Origin: Squalus acanthias
Lineage: Eukaryota
Length of the DNA stretch: 64,000 nt
Assembly: GCA_030390025.1 (NCBI GenBank)
Contig: CM059431.1
Coordinates: 124,808,001-124,872,000 of the forward strand
Reading direction: 5' to 3'
The position numbers and the translations under genes were made by a program. Below, one piece after another: positions 60,422-64,000 of this stretch (position 1 is its first letter; each line of letters starts with the position of its first letter). Under the pieces are notes generated by a model that was not told the DNA's origin, ran no database searches, and was given only the letters and a program-made list of their open reading frames with translations.

Positions 60422-62035
60422 GCCCTGACACAAATGGTCAGCAAAAAGGGTCGGAGACTTGTTTCTACCCTTTTAACATACCCCACAGATTTTGGGGGAT
60501 TTCCAGAGCTTTCCTTAGGGGAGCAGAGCTTGGTCTCTGCCTACAGTAGGTGTAGGCCCAATGAAGCCCATTAAACGAGAGGGGATGACATATTCCCCAC
60601 CTCCTGCCTTATTCTCTTATGCGAACACTTGCTGGATGCCTCAGTGCATGCCACCTTGAAAACATGACATTGTGGCCTGCCCCTGAACCCCCAATGATTA
60701 GAGGGTCCATGGAGTTCCAGGGGACAGGCCGAAGACTGCAAATAATGATGTTTTGAATTTTTAATGACCCCTCTCCCAAGTCTAATTGAGACCTCCATCA
60801 GCAGCCAGAAGGCCTCAATCTTCAAGGCTTGATACACACCTGGTGGCCCTGTAGCTGCTCCTTCTGCTAGCGCTAGGCTCTGACAAGAGGTGTGCCTATG
60901 CAGGGGTGTCATCTAAGTGCCTCAGGACAGCAAAGTCAGGCCCTTCCTGACCTGGACAAGAAAATCGAACCTAATATCTCCATTTTTTTTCCATTGAGAC
61001 CTATCTATGGTTCTTGGTGCAAAAAAGGTGACATATTTCCCAGGCTGTTGTCTTGATTGCAGATAAATTAAGGGTGTATATTAACAATAGTAAATAACAC
61101 ATGAATTCAATCTTTATAATGTTCATAATTCATTTATATTTCATTGAGTGCATATGTGCTGTGTAAATATTAATATTATGGTACTCAGCTGTGCTGACCC
61201 CTTGTGCTATGTGTGCCACAGCTCTGTGGATTGTCTGATACTCTATAATTCTATGTGATTGTTAATGGAAGCAGTAGATTTCTGAGAGGTTGCTTAATGG
61301 CCTGCTTATGATTACACTGCTACCTACATGCTGCATACACAGGATGTTGTCCCTGGAAGCCAAAAATAGCCTGTTTTATTCTTACTGAAAGCACTTGTAT
61401 GCTTGCTGCAACTTCTCGTGTCACTGGCCCTGAAACATGTGCTGGTAGGGGCCTGGAAAATTTTAAGCCATCCACCTGTTTTTGTGCTTCATTGTGCATG
61501 TCCCAAATGGAGGCTGGATTTTGCCAGGCCCGAGAAGGCGGGTTTGGAGGCGGGTCAGGTGGGAAAGTTGCCAAAAATGGCGTCAGGCTCCGATCCCGCC
61601 TCCGACCCGCATCTGAGCAACTTTCCCAAATGCGGGCTTGCAGACCCCGTTTCGGTCCCGCCTCAAGAGGCGGGATAGGCCCTTAAGGCACTTAACAACC
61701 ACTTATGTACCTCTATAATGCCATTTTGAGAGGCCTTTCAGAGTTTAACATATTTCCTGTGTGCTGCATGTCTCCCCTGGAACACGCCAGTTAATCCTGG
61801 CGGGCTCACAAGTGGATGGCTTACTAACAGCTGCAGCTCCACCATAAAAACTGAGTTTTTCACAATGATCATTTGCAAGGGCAGAACTTTCTTTTCTCAG
61901 ATCTGGGAGAACTTTTTGCAGGTCTACTGATTTTGGAAGTTTTGAAGCTGAGATCCATCTCCACTGTGACCTCCTGGGAAACCCCTCTCCCCACCTTGAC
62001 TGAGCACTTCTTCAACTGAGGTATATACCTGCAGC

Positions 62036-63240
62036 ATGGGAACCATTTATTTCCTTTCCTCCTGGACCTCAGATTCGGACAAATACCAGCCGCGGCAGCA
62101 GCAGAACCCGAACAACAGCAGCACCAACAGCAGGAGCAACAACAGGAGCGCCAACCTGCTGCTCACCCGCCTGAAGCTGCACAGGCCAGAAGGCGCCAGC
62201 GCAGGGAAGGACGTCGCCGCAGGAGATACCCCCAAAACAGGGTTTACAGACAGAGGATCAGCTACCTCAACATGACTGAGCAGCAGTGCCAAAGGAGGCT
62301 CAGACTTTCGCGAGAGGTAGTGGGTGACATCTGCGCAATGCTGCAACAAGACCTGGAGCCCAGAGGAGCGGGTGGACACCCCTTACCAGTGGCCGTCAAA
62401 GTCACCAACCCACTCAACTTTTTTGCTTCAGGTTCATTCCAGAGATCAACAGCAGACATCAGCGGCATCCCCCAGGTGGCCGCACACACTTGCATCACGC
62501 AGGCAACCGATGCCCTCTTTGCCAACGTACACAATTACATCAACTTCTCCAAGGGTCAAGCAAGTGTAACCGCGCGTGCGGTTGGATTTGCTAATCTGGC
62601 AGGCTTTCCAAGGGTGCAAGGCGTCGTTGACTGCACACATGTGGCCCTTAAGGCACCCCATCACAATCCAGGTATTTTTGTCAACTGCAAGGGCTTCCAC
62701 TCCCTCAACGTGCAGCTGGTGTGTAACCACAAGAAGGAAATTTTGCATGTTTGCACCAATTACCCTGGCAGCTGCCATGACTCCTTCATCCTGCAGCAGT
62801 CTAGTGTGCCTCCGCTCTTCAGTCCACCAGACCAACTTTGCGGATGGCTACTTGGAGACAAGGGCTATCCCTTGAAGACGTGGCTAATGACACCGTTGAG
62901 GAGGCCATCCAACAAAGCTGAGGAACGCTACAACTCCAGCCACATTTCCACCAGATCCATTATCGAGCAAACCATCGGATTGCTGAAGATGCGATTCAGA
63001 TGCCTTGAAAGATCAGGTGGAGCCCTGCAGTATCAGCAGCCAGGGTCTCCAGAATTGTCGTGGTCTGCTGTGCACTTCACAACATGGCACAGTATCATGG
63101 CTTGCAGCTGCCTGAGGTACAAGTGGCTCATTGCATAGGCTCCTCAGATGAGGATGAGGATGAGGAGGAGGAGAGCGACAACGAACAGCTTGCGGAGGCG
63201 CTTCAACCAGCGGCAGCAGCACGCGAGAACATTGCTGAGC
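62036..63240 (+). pseudogene. Harbinger DDE transposase (HARBI1-like), catalytic core intact, frameshifts near both ends
   Basis: ORF 62272..63138: [70 protein letters not shown]-terminus in another frame after ~63035. Confidence 0.93.
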
Positions 63241-63828
63241 CGAGCTGGGAGCGCCCTGCAGCCTCCGACGAGGACTCTCCACTGCTGTCCCTGTCTCCAC
63301 CATCTGCTGATGCTCACTTGTGAGCTGTGATACACCAGGTGACAACATTAATCTATGTCCCGAAGGTCCCACCGAGGTGTGAGTGTCTGCGCTGGTGCTG
63401 GGTACGCTTAATTCTGGTGATGCTACGCCCTCAGAGGTTGCAGCTTCCTCTGAGGAGTCTTGTGGCTCAGGCTGTTCCTCCTGGATAGTGCGGGGGGGCG
63501 GCTGTCGATGGTCCTGTGGGGGAGTAAAGGAAAGAGTTAGACATGTGAGATAAACGTTGCGTGCACATGGAATTGTGCAGATGATCATAAGTCAATCTGT
63601 TAGAGCATCAGAATCAATATCAGTCACTCATGCAATGTCAATGAGAGAGATGAAAAACTATTCTGTCAGCAGCTTGCTCTGATGCGCCCATCTGTCCGTC
63701 CCCCACTTGCACATCCTCCTCGGCTCCCACAATCTCGAGGCCTCCTCCTCTGCGCTGGTGAGCTTGGCTATTGAGGGTGGCCCTCCTCCTGTCTTTGCCC
63801 TTTCCCTCTTATTGTGGGCTCTCTTTTC
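63241..63828 (-). pseudogene. Harbinger Myb-like gene exons 2-3
   Basis: ttgcag|EKRAHNKRERAKTGGGPP (from 63828) and cccacag|DHRQPPP (from 63513); exon 3 truncated against the transposase tail. Confidence 0.8.
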
Positions 63829-64000
63829 CTGCAATGAGGGATACAAGTGGAGTTTGAGTGAGAATGAAGGAGTGAGTGTCGAGAATCCAGAGCATAGATG
63901 CTTAGAAGGGCACAAAGATGGAGTGAGGTCCTCCCTGTGTGATGTAAGTTGTTGTCATAGCATCACAGTGATAGGGAGTGTGAGGCCTGCATAGTCGAAT

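Larger units (their letters stand above)
61512..64000 (+). mobile_element. PIF/Harbinger autonomous-type element; right end outside the window
   Basis: TIR GGCTGGATTTTGCC, GGCGGG subterminal repeats, convergent transposase and Myb genes. Confidence 0.92.

Noticed and set aside
60445..60972. Possible further Harbinger-type MITE ending GAAAATCGAACC
   Set aside because: No convincing matching left TIR or TSD
62272..63138. Domesticated host gene HARBI1
   Set aside because: Flanked by a TIR and a convergent Myb gene, frameshifted, with many relatives nearby; it is a transposon copy

Overview
Vertebrate nuclear DNA with no recognisable host gene; most of the window is nested transposable elements. 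The repeat mix (CR1 and L2 LINEs, Deu-domain tRNA SINEs, Penelope, many Harbingers) suggests a cartilaginous fish (inference). Main contents: (1) two head-to-head copies of a CR1-group LINE whose 5' end is a tRNA-derived Pol III promoter, which has no ORF1 and almost no TTTT on its sense strand, i.e. a candidate Pol III-transcribed autonomous retrotransposon and the best lead here; (2) Penelope (GIY-YIG, Neptune-like) elements carrying minimal hammerhead ribozymes, including a 340-bp fold-back insertion; (3) about 15 PIF/Harbinger elements, from MITEs to a near-complete transposase + Myb element; (4) two related solo LTRs with 4-bp target-site duplications (TSDs); (5) a recent 5.8-kb tandem duplication of a deeply nested TE stack. 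All protein-coding sequences I could recognise are TE-derived and disrupted. Boundaries of degenerate elements are approximate.
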